A stretch of 64,000 bases of DNA from a virus (lineage: Duplodnaviria; Heunggongvirae; Uroviricota; Caudoviricetes; Straboviridae): positions 1-64,000 of the IMG/VR virus record IMGVR_UViG_2974656882_000001; one strand, 5' to 3'. How positions within the stretch are numbered: the stretch's first letter is position 1; every line of letters begins with the position of its first letter. Both the position numbers and the translations under genes were made by a program. The notes beneath the pieces were generated by a model. It saw only the letters and a list, made by a program, of their open reading frames with translations. It had not been told where the DNA came from and made no database searches. Shown piece by piece: positions 1 to 9,315 of this stretch.

Positions 1-91
1 GTTATAATGGTTCTACCGGTTCACCGCTCTAAATTTAGCTGTTCCGTTGGACTAGAATAGCTGCTGCGCAGCCGGCGCTTCGCGCCGAAAT
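1..91. repeat. Inverted-repeat copy A. Begins with the PeSL-like element gTTATAATggttctacc, then a GC-rich hairpin (cggcgc-ttc-gcgccg). Truncated on the left by the window edge.
   Basis: Reverse complement of ~36141-36228 matches: first ~36 nt identical, a ~20-nt variable core, then ~30 nt identical. Confidence 0.8.
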
Positions 92-112
92 CTGAATATT
101 GTCGAGTATGAT

Positions 113-427
113 ATGAATATTGAAAGAGATGTAATAATCACTCCTGAAGGAGAAACATTTATTAATGTGTGGCCATTAAGTGCAATTCATTATAATGGTA
201 CTTGTAATGCTGAACTATCCGCTGAATTTATTCATAAAGCATTGAAATTTAAAGATGGTGAAGATATAATTTCATTTATAAATGATTTTGTTACTAATGG
301 ATTGAATAGTATTATTGGCTTGCCAAATACTCCTTCAACTATATATGATATTATGAATATTTTTGAAATGGCTTCTCGTGAGTGTGAAGCTAGATTTCCT
401 GAATTTAGACTGGTGTTAAATAAATGA
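113..427 (+). CDS. hypothetical protein (104 aa)
   Basis: ORF directly downstream of repeat A; stop overlaps next start (ATGA). Confidence 0.4.
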   Translation: MNIERDVIITPEGETFINVWPLSAIHYNGTCNAELSAEFIHKALKFKDGEDIISFINDFVTNGLNSIIGLPNTPSTIYDIMNIFEMASRECEARFPEFRLVLNK

Positions 428-741
428 GAGTATATAAATCCATTGAAGAGTTTGATGAAATTCAAGGTTGTCAAACAACATTATTTACTATAGGCGAAAT
501 TGATGAAAAGTTCCACCTTTCATGGATGCCTAATGTCCTTGAAGCCATCACATTGCCTCGCTATTCAGGATATTTTAATACATTTGACATGTGTCGTAAA
601 AATGCAGAAACCGTGCTCAATGCACGCTGCTCCAGCCAATCAGATATTAATACAGTCATACAGTTAATGAATGAATCTGTTCGCAAAGAATTGGAAATAA
701 ATCGTTTATTATTTCAATGTTTTAGGGAGATAGGCCTATGA
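424..741 (+). CDS. hypothetical protein (105 aa)
   Basis: ATGA-coupled ORF chain. Confidence 0.4.
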   Translation: MRVYKSIEEFDEIQGCQTTLFTIGEIDEKFHLSWMPNVLEAITLPRYSGYFNTFDMCRKNAETVLNARCSSQSDINTVIQLMNESVRKELEINRLLFQCFREIGL

Positions 742-935
742 ATATTTTTAATCAAATTCGTATTGCTAATGAGAATGCAGAAAATTTTTCTGAAGCTGCT
801 GCATTATGGTATCGGGTTGTTGTAGGTGTAGGTATATGCATTCCATTGTTGTTTATTGTTGGGTTCATTACCGGTGCATTGATGTTCAAGAATCCTCTAG
901 CTGCGGGTTCTGAGCTTGTCAACGCAATGTTCTAA
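738..935 (+). CDS. small hydrophobic protein (65 aa)
   Basis: ATGA-coupled; predicted TM segment (VVGVGICIPLLFIVGFITGALMF). Confidence 0.35.
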   Translation: MNIFNQIRIANENAENFSEAAALWYRVVVGVGICIPLLFIVGFITGALMFKNPLAAGSELVNAMF

Positions 936-977
936 TTAGTGTTACAACTTAGTTACCACTAAGCTTATATCAGGGAT

Positions 978-2207
978 ATGATAAAATGCTATCATATCCC
1001 ATTTGAGTCAATAAACCCTATCTTTGGAGATTATATGAATCTTGATTTTAGTCGAGACTTCACCGAAAGTGAAATTGAATATCTCAAATCTCTTTCACAA
1101 GAAGAACTCAATGCACTTGAAACACAATGTGAAAATTACATCACTTTATGTGATACAAATCAAATTAACCGAAAACTATTAATTAATAGCTTATATGGTG
1201 CACTCGGTAACATCTATTTTAGATTTTACGATCTTAGAAATGCTGAAGCTATTACAATCTTTGGGCAAATGGTTCTTCAATGGACTGAACGAAAGATTAA
1301 TGCATACTTAAACGAACTATGTGGAACTACAGATCATCCATATGTAATTTATGGTGACACAGATTCTCTTTACATTGAATTGAGTCCATTAATCGAAAAA
1401 GTTGGCATCGATAAATTCTCATCGACTGAAAAGCTTGTTGACTTTTTAGATGCAGTAGCTTCGAAGAAAATCGAACCAGTTATTAACAATGGGTTTAAAG
1501 AGATGTGTGAATATCTCAACAACTATGAACAATTGATGTTTATGGATCGTGAAGCTATTGCATGCCCACCACTTGGTTCTAATGGCATCGGCGGATTCTG
1601 GCGTGCCAAGAAACGATATGCACTTAATGTCTATGACATGGAAGGTACACGTTTCAAAGAGCCATACTTAAAAATTATGGGCATGGAAACTCAACAATCA
1701 TCAACGCCTAAAGCGGTCAAAGATGCATTGTTAGAAAGTATTCGTATTATGCTCCAAGAAGGTGAAAAACCATTGCAAGAGTATTTCAAGAAATTTGAAA
1801 ACGAATTCAGAAATCTTGATTATAAAGTAATTGCTGGCGTTCGTTCTGCAAATAACATTGCAAAATATGATGTGAATGGATTCCCGGGTCTTAAATGTCC
1901 AAGTCATGTTCGTGGTGTTCTTACATACCGACGTGCAATTAAGAAATACGATAACTTGCCAGATATCTCAGAAGGCGAAAAGGTAATGATCTTGCCTCTT
2001 AAACCAGGAAATCCATTTGGTGACAAGTGTATTGCATGGCCATCAGGTAATGAATTGCCAAAAGAAATTCGTGCAGATGTTCTGAAGCATATGGATGTCA
2101 TGGATTTATTTGGCAAAACATACAAAAAACCTCTTGAAGGTATGTGTGAATCTGCAGGTATGCAAGCTGAAAAACGTTCGTCATTGATGGATATGTTTGA
2201 TTTTTAA
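978..2207 (+). CDS. 43: DNA polymerase, C-terminal segment only (gp43B-like: family B motif B KxxxNSxYG and motif C YGDTDS, thumb)
   Basis: LINSLYGALGNIYFRFYDLRNAEAITIFGQ and YVIYGDTDSLYIEL align with T4 gp43 residues ~550-630. The ORF corresponds to T4 gp43 from ~residue 490, so the gene is split and the N-terminal half lies outside the window. Confidence 0.9.
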   Translation: MIKCYHIPFESINPIFGDYMNLDFSRDFTESEIEYLKSLSQEELNALETQCENYITLCDTNQINRKLLINSLYGALGNIYFRFYDLRNAEAITIFGQMVLQWTERKINAYLNELCGTTDHPYVIYGDTDSLYIELSPLIEKVGIDKFSSTEKLVDFLDAVASKKIEPVINNGFKEMCEYLNNYEQLMFMDREAIACPPLGSNGIGGFWRAKKRYALNVYDMEGTRFKEPYLKIMGMETQQSSTPKAVKDALLESIRIMLQEGEKPLQEYFKKFENEFRNLDYKVIAGVRSANNIAKYDVNGFPGLKCPSHVRGVLTYRRAIKKYDNLPDISEGEKVMILPLKPGNPFGDKCIAWPSGNELPKEIRADVLKHMDVMDLFGKTYKKPLEGMCESAGMQAEKRSSLMDMFDF

Positions 2208-2214
2208 TTATTAC

Positions 2215-2226
2215 GGCCTTCGGGCC
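2215..2226 (+). promoter_or_regulatory. UUCG-tetraloop RNA hairpin (ggcc-ttcg-ggcc) directly after 43B
   Basis: perfect stem with UUCG loop, the T4-type stable RNA hairpin class. Confidence 0.6.
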
Positions 2227-2238
2227 TTGGAGTATGAT

Positions 2239-2448
2239 ATGGCTATTTTAGATTGGCTTAACCCACCTGAATCAAAGGTAGAACTTCTTCCTGGTGCACA
2301 AGAGCTATGGAAATCAATTGTTGTTGCTGGTACTTCTAATGGCAAATTGTTCGGATCTTCTCCTGAAGAAAATGCAAAATATCTTGCAAGCTTGGCAACA
2401 GAGCTGGTTAAAGAATATTCAACTATCTTTAAGGGCTCTCTACAATGA
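2239..2448 (+). CDS. hypothetical protein (69 aa; start moved to the ATG after the hairpin, SD GGAG)
   Basis: the track ORF's upstream start lies inside the hairpin; internal ATG has an RBS. Confidence 0.4.
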   Translation: MAILDWLNPPESKVELLPGAQELWKSIVVAGTSNGKLFGSSPEENAKYLASLATELVKEYSTIFKGSLQ

Positions 2449-2744
2449 ATTCACTAATGTGTAACCATGACTTTGATTTTAACTCGCAATTATTGAGTTC
2501 TCCGCCTAAGGTTCGTTGCCGAAAATGTAGAATTACAGCTACACTTGATGATGCTACTGAATATAAAGCATTCAGTACACCTATGAGCCCTATAACAGAG
2601 CTAGAAAAGAAAGAATTTTGGAAGGCATGCGCACTAGCGTATCTACCAAATAGTACGATTATCAGCGGCCAAACCGGTATTACATCATCTGTTTCAGCAA
2701 TTGCAGATAATATGGTCGAACATTTTGTAAAACGTTTCGGATAA
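2445..2744 (+). CDS. hypothetical Cys-rich protein (99 aa)
   Basis: ATGA overlap; CxxH...CxxC pattern. Confidence 0.4.
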   Translation: MNSLMCNHDFDFNSQLLSSPPKVRCRKCRITATLDDATEYKAFSTPMSPITELEKKEFWKACALAYLPNSTIISGQTGITSSVSAIADNMVEHFVKRFG

Positions 2745-2747
2745 TTA

Positions 2748-2788
2748 CCACAAAAGGCTAAAGTTTTATTTTACTTTAGCCTTTTGTG
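2748..2788 (+). terminator. long perfect stem-loop (17-bp stem ccacaaaaggctaaagt / actttagccttttgtgg) fused to a downstream TATAAT: PeSL-type terminator/promoter cassette
   Basis: inverted repeat read directly; a TATAAT hexamer lies immediately 3' of the stem (~2793-2798). Confidence 0.6.
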
Positions 2789-2836
2789 GTGTTATAATAG
2801 CACTATCAAATAAATTATCCTTAATGAGGAAATCGA

Positions 2837-3145
2837 ATGAAAATTACTTATCAACCGCATGCTTTAGAAATTACTCTCATTAAAGGCGAAGAACGTGAAT
2901 CGGCTTCAGTAGCTATTCCATCATGGGCAACATGTGTAGCTGTTGATCGTAATGGTGTAATTAGTGTTTTTGATGAATATCCAAATCGTTGCAGCGAAGA
3001 CTGGGATAGCCTGCTCGGCTCAACATATGAAATTGTTGCAGAAGTCCAAGACGTTGTACGAAATTGGGAAAACACTTGTCATCCTATTGACCAATCATTT
3101 AATACTAAAACTGAATTAATTTTACTAGTGGGAGAAGAGCCATGA
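2837..3145 (+). CDS. hypothetical protein (102 aa)
   Basis: SD GAGGAAA 6 nt upstream. Confidence 0.45.
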   Translation: MKITYQPHALEITLIKGEERESASVAIPSWATCVAVDRNGVISVFDEYPNRCSEDWDSLLGSTYEIVAEVQDVVRNWENTCHPIDQSFNTKTELILLVGEEP

Positions 3146-3435
3146 GCTTACTCTTTGGAAGCGTCATAGCAATATTTTTATCTTTGTTCCCTATCGTGAT
3201 GGCTGCGTATTACAAGAGCTCTACTGCAATTATGGTAGCGGTAGTTGTCCTAAATTTATTAGGATTCTTTACAATGGGCGTTACAACTTTTATTGCATTT
3301 GTTGTTGCAGCAATCTCTATTGGCGTAATGAACACCATTAAATCTATTGCATTTGCGTTATTCTTACTTGCAGTAGTAGCAGTTGCCGGAGTTGCGGACC
3401 TTGCGCTTATTGCAAATATTGTTGGAGCAATTTAA
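3142..3435 (+). CDS. small polytopic inner-membrane protein (97 aa, ~4 TM); Imm-like by position (T4 imm lies between 43 and 42)
   Basis: hydrophobicity only; synteny argument. Confidence 0.4.
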   Translation: MSLLFGSVIAIFLSLFPIVMAAYYKSSTAIMVAVVVLNLLGFFTMGVTTFIAFVVAAISIGVMNTIKSIAFALFLLAVVAVAGVADLALIANIVGAI

Positions 3436-3788
3436 TGAAGAATTTATTTTTAATTCTAAGCATATCGTTTCTATCATCCGTTAATGCTGCAGTGCCAGGA
3501 TGTTATAAATGGGATACCAAATGTATAGAAAAAGAATATGCACGTCAACAAGCATTAGATGAAGAGATTCGTGACCATCGTCGCCTTATGCAACAACACA
3601 TCGATGTGGCTGTTGAATCTGAACGCCCTGTGATGGAACAACTACGAAACAAACCGCAAATTTCACCAGAAGTTATCGCAGTTCAGATTTGTCGCCAAAT
3701 GGCAATCGATGAGACTGTTTTCCGGTTTGGCTATCTTAATTCAAAACACTATCGTACATTATTAGATACATGCATGGGAGTCAAATAA
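3435..3788 (+). CDS. secreted/periplasmic protein with N-terminal signal peptide (117 aa)
   Basis: MKNLFLILSISFLSSVNA-AVPG signal-peptide-like N-terminus. Confidence 0.45.
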   Translation: MKNLFLILSISFLSSVNAAVPGCYKWDTKCIEKEYARQQALDEEIRDHRRLMQQHIDVAVESERPVMEQLRNKPQISPEVIAVQICRQMAIDETVFRFGYLNSKHYRTLLDTCMGVK

Positions 3789-3789
3789 A

Positions 3790-4242
3790 ATGACTGAAGC
3801 AGAAGTTTCAAAATTAAAACAGGTACATGAATTTGAAGTTAATCATTTGGCACATGCAAACATGGCTTGGCAACGTAAGTATGAAGAAGCCACCGAGCTT
3901 CCTAAATATGACATCAACAAGTTGCCTGAAGGCCGAATGCATATTGTACCTGAACGTATTGTTTGTGCTGCAAACCAGTACACAGATCACAATGGAAACA
4001 AAGTTGTAATTGCAGGTGTTCGCCATGCATGTTATGTGATGTATTCGTCATTTGTTGGACACAATAGCGGTGAAACAATTCTATATCGTGAAACAGAAGT
4101 ACAAGGCTTCTTAACAAATAAACATCGATTTGTCGATCGCCAAGAAGCTTGGAAAATTGCAGCAGAGCAACAACAAATTGTTTGTCGTGTAGGTGGTGAT
4201 ACATCTAAAGGCGGAACTCTTTATTCGGAGAACTTGTACTAA
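3790..4242 (+). CDS. hypothetical protein (150 aa)
   Basis: ORF in operon context. Confidence 0.45.
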   Translation: MTEAEVSKLKQVHEFEVNHLAHANMAWQRKYEEATELPKYDINKLPEGRMHIVPERIVCAANQYTDHNGNKVVIAGVRHACYVMYSSFVGHNSGETILYRETEVQGFLTNKHRFVDRQEAWKIAAEQQQIVCRVGGDTSKGGTLYSENLY

Positions 4243-4562
4243 TGGAAATCGATGAAGATTATATTGACGTTGATTTTATCAATGAGCAAATCAATGATAA
4301 ACATCACAAAATCCTTTCACTATGCATATCATTGAGTAAAAAGGGCATTGATGCATTCTATTCATATTCACCTCATGTAGATTGGGCTGATGTTAGAGTT
4401 TATACTAGTGGATGGACACAAGACAATGACCCTGATTTAATATTTAGCTTCTTGTGGTCTGACATCACTCGAGACGGGCCTGTAGATTCAGAAACTGTAA
4501 GCATAGTGATGTCCAAATTTGATAAATGTATTTTTGCATTAGAAGGTCTTTTAAATGATTGA
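4242..4562 (+). CDS. hypothetical protein (106 aa)
   Basis: ATGA-coupled. Confidence 0.4.
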   Translation: MEIDEDYIDVDFINEQINDKHHKILSLCISLSKKGIDAFYSYSPHVDWADVRVYTSGWTQDNDPDLIFSFLWSDITRDGPVDSETVSIVMSKFDKCIFALEGLLND

Positions 4563-4875
4563 TTTCAAAGAACTGCTGAAAAAGACACCGCGTTTCACTA
4601 ATGTTGAAGAAGTTGCACCTATTATTGAAGCAATGGAAACTCTCTTGGCACGAGATATCACGGAACGCCCAGACTCAGATTCATGGCAACGATCACATAG
4701 CGCTACTTCAATGACGGAATCAGCACTCAAGGAAATGTATGAATTCATTTCTAGAGAATATGTTGCGACGGGACGCACCCAAATGCAAGTTGGATTTGAG
4801 TCTGAACAAGAAATCGGACGTGATTGGTTCCCGGCTAAAATAACTTTTACCGTTAGCAGATCTATGCTAACCTAA
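4555..4875 (+). CDS. hypothetical protein (106 aa)
   Basis: overlapping start. Confidence 0.4.
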   Translation: MIDFKELLKKTPRFTNVEEVAPIIEAMETLLARDITERPDSDSWQRSHSATSMTESALKEMYEFISREYVATGRTQMQVGFESEQEIGRDWFPAKITFTVSRSMLT

Positions 4876-4918
4876 TAATGGTGATATAATAGGTCCATCA
4901 ACAAACAATGAGGTAATT

Positions 4919-5551
4919 ATGGATAACATCGATTTAGCATTAAAAGTAGTTGAAGATCAAAATGATGCATTAGATTATCTTCATACTGCTATCGCAGTAA
5001 ATGGCGACAAATATTCAAACATGATTGATATTCTAAAAGTAGTTGCAGCATCAAACTACCGACAACGCATCATGATTACTGGCGTAGGTAAAAATTCAAA
5101 TCTTGCAACTAAAGCGTCTGAAACATTTGCAAGCCTTGGCATCCCATCCATGTATTTGAACACATGTCATTATTCTCATGGCGATGCAGGATTTATCGGA
5201 CATGATGACGTAGTTATCCATGTTTCGCGTTCTGGTAAAACAGAAGAAATGCAATATATGGCACGTCATTTGAAGACTATTCGTCCTAATGTTCTTCAAA
5301 TCTTGTTGCACTGCAATAGCCAATTAACTGAAGAGCAAAAGGCGCCATTTGACATCGAATTTGGTATTCCAGGCATTGTCGAATGCGATGATAATCATCT
5401 TGCACCCACAACAAGTACAACAGTGCTATTGGTTTTATTAGATACTATTGGTGTAATTTTGTCTAAACATCTTAGATTCACACGTGAAAATTTTTATTCA
5501 TACCATCCAGGTGGTTCACTTGGAGCAATGCTCAAATCTGAATCAAAATAA
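4919..5551 (+). CDS. SIS-domain sugar-phosphate isomerase (KdsD/GutQ/GmhA-like; predicted arabinose-5-phosphate isomerase type)
   Basis: ITGVGKNSNLATKASETFASLGIPS ... HGDAGFIGHDDVVIHVSRSGKTEE = SIS fold signature; own promoter ...ggtgaTATAATagg upstream. Confidence 0.75.
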   Translation: MDNIDLALKVVEDQNDALDYLHTAIAVNGDKYSNMIDILKVVAASNYRQRIMITGVGKNSNLATKASETFASLGIPSMYLNTCHYSHGDAGFIGHDDVVIHVSRSGKTEEMQYMARHLKTIRPNVLQILLHCNSQLTEEQKAPFDIEFGIPGIVECDDNHLAPTTSTTVLLVLLDTIGVILSKHLRFTRENFYSYHPGGSLGAMLKSESK

Positions 5552-5591
5552 TTTACTTTACATAAGAACTATGATATAATTGTCATAGTTC
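5551..5591 (+). promoter_or_regulatory. early promoter ATTTAC-N18-TATAAT with the -10 inside a hairpin loop (gaactatga / tcatagttc): PeSL-like
   Basis: read directly; coordinates approximate. Confidence 0.55.
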
Positions 5592-5610
5592 TTTCTTAGG
5601 AATAAACAAT

Positions 5611-7284
5611 ATGAAAAAAGTCGTAATTTTAGGTGCAGGTCTTGCAACTCGCCTATATCCAATCACCCATCATATTCCTAAAGTCTTAGTGAATTATAAG
5701 CAACACACAATTTTGCATCATTTATATTCATTGTACACTAGACTTGGTGCTGAACAAATTATTGTGGCTGTTCATAGCAAGTTTGCTTCACAAGTTAAAG
5801 AATACGCAAAGTTGTTCGGACTTGACATTGTTGTCGAAACTGTCGATGAAGCATATGGTTCAGCTTATGCAATTTCTAGATTAGCAGATCATGTCAACGG
5901 TCACAACGTTGTTTTTAACTGGTGTGATGTCATCCCGGATTTTGATGCATTTCGATGGGATGCAAATGCAATCTATACCTTTGGTGATGAATGTCGATAT
6001 AGCTACAATGGCAAAACTTTGAAAGAACACATTGTTGGTACAGGTGGTAACGTTGTAGGCATATACCAATATCGTGATTTCTTTATTTCACGTATCAATG
6101 ACAAAGATGAAGCTAATGAGTTCTTCAAAGGGCGTGATTTTGTTGAATTAATTGACACGACAAATGAAGCGTTTTATCAAGATTATTTGCTTAATTTAGT
6201 TGACTTAGGGGACAAGCCTAAGCTTGAAATTGCACATCGTAATCGTGAACTTAATCGTGAATTCAACCAAGTGACTATGGCCTCAGGTGTTGTTTATAAA
6301 GCGGCAATCAATGAAAAAGGACGTCAATTGCAAAAAGAAGAACTTGCATGGTATGCAAAGGTTGATAGCCCTGCATTGCCAAAAATTCTTGATCGTCGTG
6401 AAACTGACAAAATAATGTCATTCAAAATGGAACGTATCATCGGCAAACCGATGTTTGAAGTGTATACGCCAGAATTATTGCCGAAAATTCTCGAGACTCT
6501 CAAATTTGATAAAATGCCAGAGTTTACATCTCGTGAACAGATCATCAATGATTATCAATATGAGGTCATTGACAAAGTCATGAGCCGTTGTGATGAAATT
6601 AAAGGAGTCATTAAATCATTTGGCGACATCGAATATGTCAATAATGTCAAAATCGGACGTTTAGAAACAATGTTGAAGCAAGCATTTGCACATTTAACAT
6701 ATGAAGCAAACGATAAAGATTATTATGTTATTCATGGCGACCCGAACTTCAGTAATATAATGCTTGATCAAAACGGTGATGTTCGTTTAATTGATCCACG
6801 TGGATATTTTGGCAAAACAAAAATCTATGGGCCGCGAATTTATGATGAAGCTAAAGTGCTTTATGCGCTGACGGGTTATGATAAATTTAATTCAGATCAT
6901 ATGTGGGGTGGATTAGCCATCAACGGTAATGCTGCAACGATCAATATCGAGCCATTAAGCGTAACATCTCTTCATAGTAAATATTTTAATGAATACCATC
7001 ATCTCTGGGTTGCAGTGATTTGGATTGCTCTTGCAGGATATTTCAAAAATAATCCATTGAAATCCGTTAGTGCATTCTACTACGGTATGTATTTGTTAAC
7101 GACTGCTCTTGATAAAATGGGACGTCGTTTGAAAGATGGATCAGTGGCTCATGATTCAGGATTAGTTCATGCAGTACTATCTACAAAAAATCCAGACAAA
7201 TGGCTATTAACTGATCTTGAAACAGGTGAAAAATATCGCCCTTCGAAATTTATTGGTGATATGCACTGGGAGAAAATTCAATGA
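5611..7284 (+). CDS. bifunctional sugar-1-phosphate nucleotidyltransferase (RmlA/GlmU/LicC-like N-terminus) fused to an APH/choline-kinase-like sugar kinase (C-terminus)
   Basis: N-terminus VVILGAGLATRLYPITHHIPKVLV (GxGTRL NTase motif); C-terminus HGDPNFSNIMLD...DVRLIDPRG (Brenner HxDxxxxN kinase motif plus DFG-like ID). Same architecture class as AmgK/MurU and LicA/LicC pairs. Confidence 0.75.
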   Translation: MKKVVILGAGLATRLYPITHHIPKVLVNYKQHTILHHLYSLYTRLGAEQIIVAVHSKFASQVKEYAKLFGLDIVVETVDEAYGSAYAISRLADHVNGHNVVFNWCDVIPDFDAFRWDANAIYTFGDECRYSYNGKTLKEHIVGTGGNVVGIYQYRDFFISRINDKDEANEFFKGRDFVELIDTTNEAFYQDYLLNLVDLGDKPKLEIAHRNRELNREFNQVTMASGVVYKAAINEKGRQLQKEELAWYAKVDSPALPKILDRRETDKIMSFKMERIIGKPMFEVYTPELLPKILETLKFDKMPEFTSREQIINDYQYEVIDKVMSRCDEIKGVIKSFGDIEYVNNVKIGRLETMLKQAFAHLTYEANDKDYYVIHGDPNFSNIMLDQNGDVRLIDPRGYFGKTKIYGPRIYDEAKVLYALTGYDKFNSDHMWGGLAINGNAATINIEPLSVTSLHSKYFNEYHHLWVAVIWIALAGYFKNNPLKSVSAFYYGMYLLTTALDKMGRRLKDGSVAHDSGLVHAVLSTKNPDKWLLTDLETGEKYRPSKFIGDMHWEKIQ

Positions 7285-7661
7285 TTCGTCCAAAACAATT
7301 TTGCTTTGATGTCGATAATACCATCACTCTTTGGGATGATAGTCGTGACTATGAAAATTTCAAACCTGATCTTGAAATGGTATCAATGATCAATGAGTTA
7401 TATGATCAAGGGCATCATATAACTCTATTCACAGCTCGAGGCATGACATCAGTAGGTTCAGATGCAATAAGCCGTGCTATTGTGCCTGCACTAGTTAAAA
7501 ATCTTGAAAAGATTAAATTGAAATATCATCAACTGCTCACACATAAACCAGTGTATGATTGGATCATTGATGATAAGGCGTTGAACCCTAAAGAATTCAA
7601 AGATGCTTTTCGTAACAATGAATTATTATCTAAACAACCATATGTCCCAGAGGTGAATTGA
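7281..7661 (+). CDS. HAD-superfamily phosphatase (KdsC-like small sugar-phosphate phosphatase)
   Basis: FCFDVDNTITLW = DxDxT motif I; ATGA-coupled to the flanking genes. Confidence 0.65.
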   Translation: MIRPKQFCFDVDNTITLWDDSRDYENFKPDLEMVSMINELYDQGHHITLFTARGMTSVGSDAISRAIVPALVKNLEKIKLKYHQLLTHKPVYDWIIDDKALNPKEFKDAFRNNELLSKQPYVPEVN

Positions 7662-8365
7662 TGACAAAGTATATTTTAGCTAGCACATTTGAAGAAGCAT
7701 TCAAACGCCTCAATTATCTAGTGATTACTGAACCTGAATTTGTCACGGATTCTCGTATCGGCAAATGTCGTGAAATCGGATCAATTCTTTTAGAGGTAGC
7801 ACTTCCGGATACTGGCGCAATTTTCAAAGATAAAAATATTAATCGTATCGATTATGGTTACGCAGAAAAATTCTGGGAATTCATGATCCAAGGTGGCACA
7901 GATGCGGAACAAGTGTTTAAGGACTATCCAAATGTCGCGAAATTTATTGCGAAACCGAAAACGGATGCTTTACCTGCAAATTTCAATACCTTCTATGGGC
8001 CACGAATTGTTTCACAGTTACCAGCCCTTATCAAAGAACTTAAAGAAAAACCGAACTCACGACGTGTAGTTTTTCAAATTCTTCAAGAACAAGATCAAGT
8101 GCTTTTAGATGCAGATGAATCGTTAGAATATCCATGTACAGATTCTGTTACCTTTTATATTCGTGAAGGACGTTTGTACATGCATACACATATGCGAAGC
8201 CAAAACTGTGCAGTAGTTATGCAGCTCGATTTTTATTTGATGCACCGATTCATGGAATATATCGCAAAAGAATGCAATGTTGAATTTGGCACTTATGCAC
8301 ATTCTATTGTTTCTGCTCATGTATTTGAACGTGATTTGGATTACGTTAAGAACTTTTTAGGATAA
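7661..8365 (+). CDS. 42: dCMP hydroxymethylase (thymidylate-synthase fold)
   Basis: NSRRVVFQIL...YPCTDSVTFYIREGRLYMHTHMRSQNCAVV aligns with T4 gp42 DSRRGIMIY...FMCTNTVQYLIRDKKINAVVNMRSNDVV (catalytic Cys region). The track start is a TTG; the true ATG is at 7661, overlapping the upstream stop. Confidence 0.8.
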   Translation: MTKYILASTFEEAFKRLNYLVITEPEFVTDSRIGKCREIGSILLEVALPDTGAIFKDKNINRIDYGYAEKFWEFMIQGGTDAEQVFKDYPNVAKFIAKPKTDALPANFNTFYGPRIVSQLPALIKELKEKPNSRRVVFQILQEQDQVLLDADESLEYPCTDSVTFYIREGRLYMHTHMRSQNCAVVMQLDFYLMHRFMEYIAKECNVEFGTYAHSIVSAHVFERDLDYVKNFLG

Positions 8366-8370
8366 ATGAT

Positions 8371-9315
8371 ATGGCTAGAATGATTGTACCAATTTTTTCG
8401 ATGCGATCATATGAAACTAGAAAGTATGCCGTTCTTAAAGACGGCAACTTCCAGTTGCATCTACATCGAGCTCAACCTGGTGACCTGATTGCCGTGCCAT
8501 TTAATATATCTGACATGGGTGATTTAACATATTTGTTTCCGGATTTTAAATTCGTTCAATTTCAGTATGGCTTTAATGCAGATGAAACTCGTCAATGGTT
8601 CTGGGATTGGAATCAATCTAATGTTGACGAAATAATGCGTGTATATAATTTAGATACACTTATAACCGACATTTCTGGATATAATGGCGTTCATAATTTT
8701 ATTTTTAATGCAAATATATCTAAAGTTTCTTCAATGCCACGTTTGTATATTGACAAATATTGGGACAAAGATTTAGAGACTGCTAAATCTGCAATACGAG
8801 TATTTGTTCTAAATCATTCTCAAAAGGATGAATTTGTCGCTAATGGCATTTCTGCAGATAAAATTGTTGTATCGCAAAAGGTTGTCAATCCTAGCGTTAT
8901 TGAGCGATATACTAAGCGCATTGATCATGATGAAATTCAGCCTCTAGGTTCTAATGTGGTATTTTTCCCGTTTAGAATTTCTGACCCATGTTACGATTTT
9001 ATGGGCGTTGCCAAGACATGTGCTGAAACTGGAAATATGTTAGTCATTACTGATCCTAACGATACCTTTATTGACAAAAAATCTATGCTCAAAAGGATGT
9101 ACCCAAATCTAGAGATCATGGAGTGCAAATTAGATAAAGTTTCATATTATATTGTACTTTCGCAGCATCCAACAATTATCTACAACGAAAATCCAGATAA
9201 TGTGTTTCATCCTGGCCTAGGCGAATTGATTTATTTCGATGCTAACATTATTAGTGATTATAATATACCATCAATTGATGATATTTTAATTACAGGTGAT
9301 GTATGGCAAAACTAA
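8371..9315 (+). CDS. putative DNA-sugar transferase (314 aa) occupying the beta-glucosyltransferase position after gene 42
   Basis: synteny only (T4 order 42, beta-gt); no strong motif recognised. Confidence 0.3.
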   Translation: MARMIVPIFSMRSYETRKYAVLKDGNFQLHLHRAQPGDLIAVPFNISDMGDLTYLFPDFKFVQFQYGFNADETRQWFWDWNQSNVDEIMRVYNLDTLITDISGYNGVHNFIFNANISKVSSMPRLYIDKYWDKDLETAKSAIRVFVLNHSQKDEFVANGISADKIVVSQKVVNPSVIERYTKRIDHDEIQPLGSNVVFFPFRISDPCYDFMGVAKTCAETGNMLVITDPNDTFIDKKSMLKRMYPNLEIMECKLDKVSYYIVLSQHPTIIYNENPDNVFHPGLGELIYFDANIISDYNIPSIDDILITGDVWQN

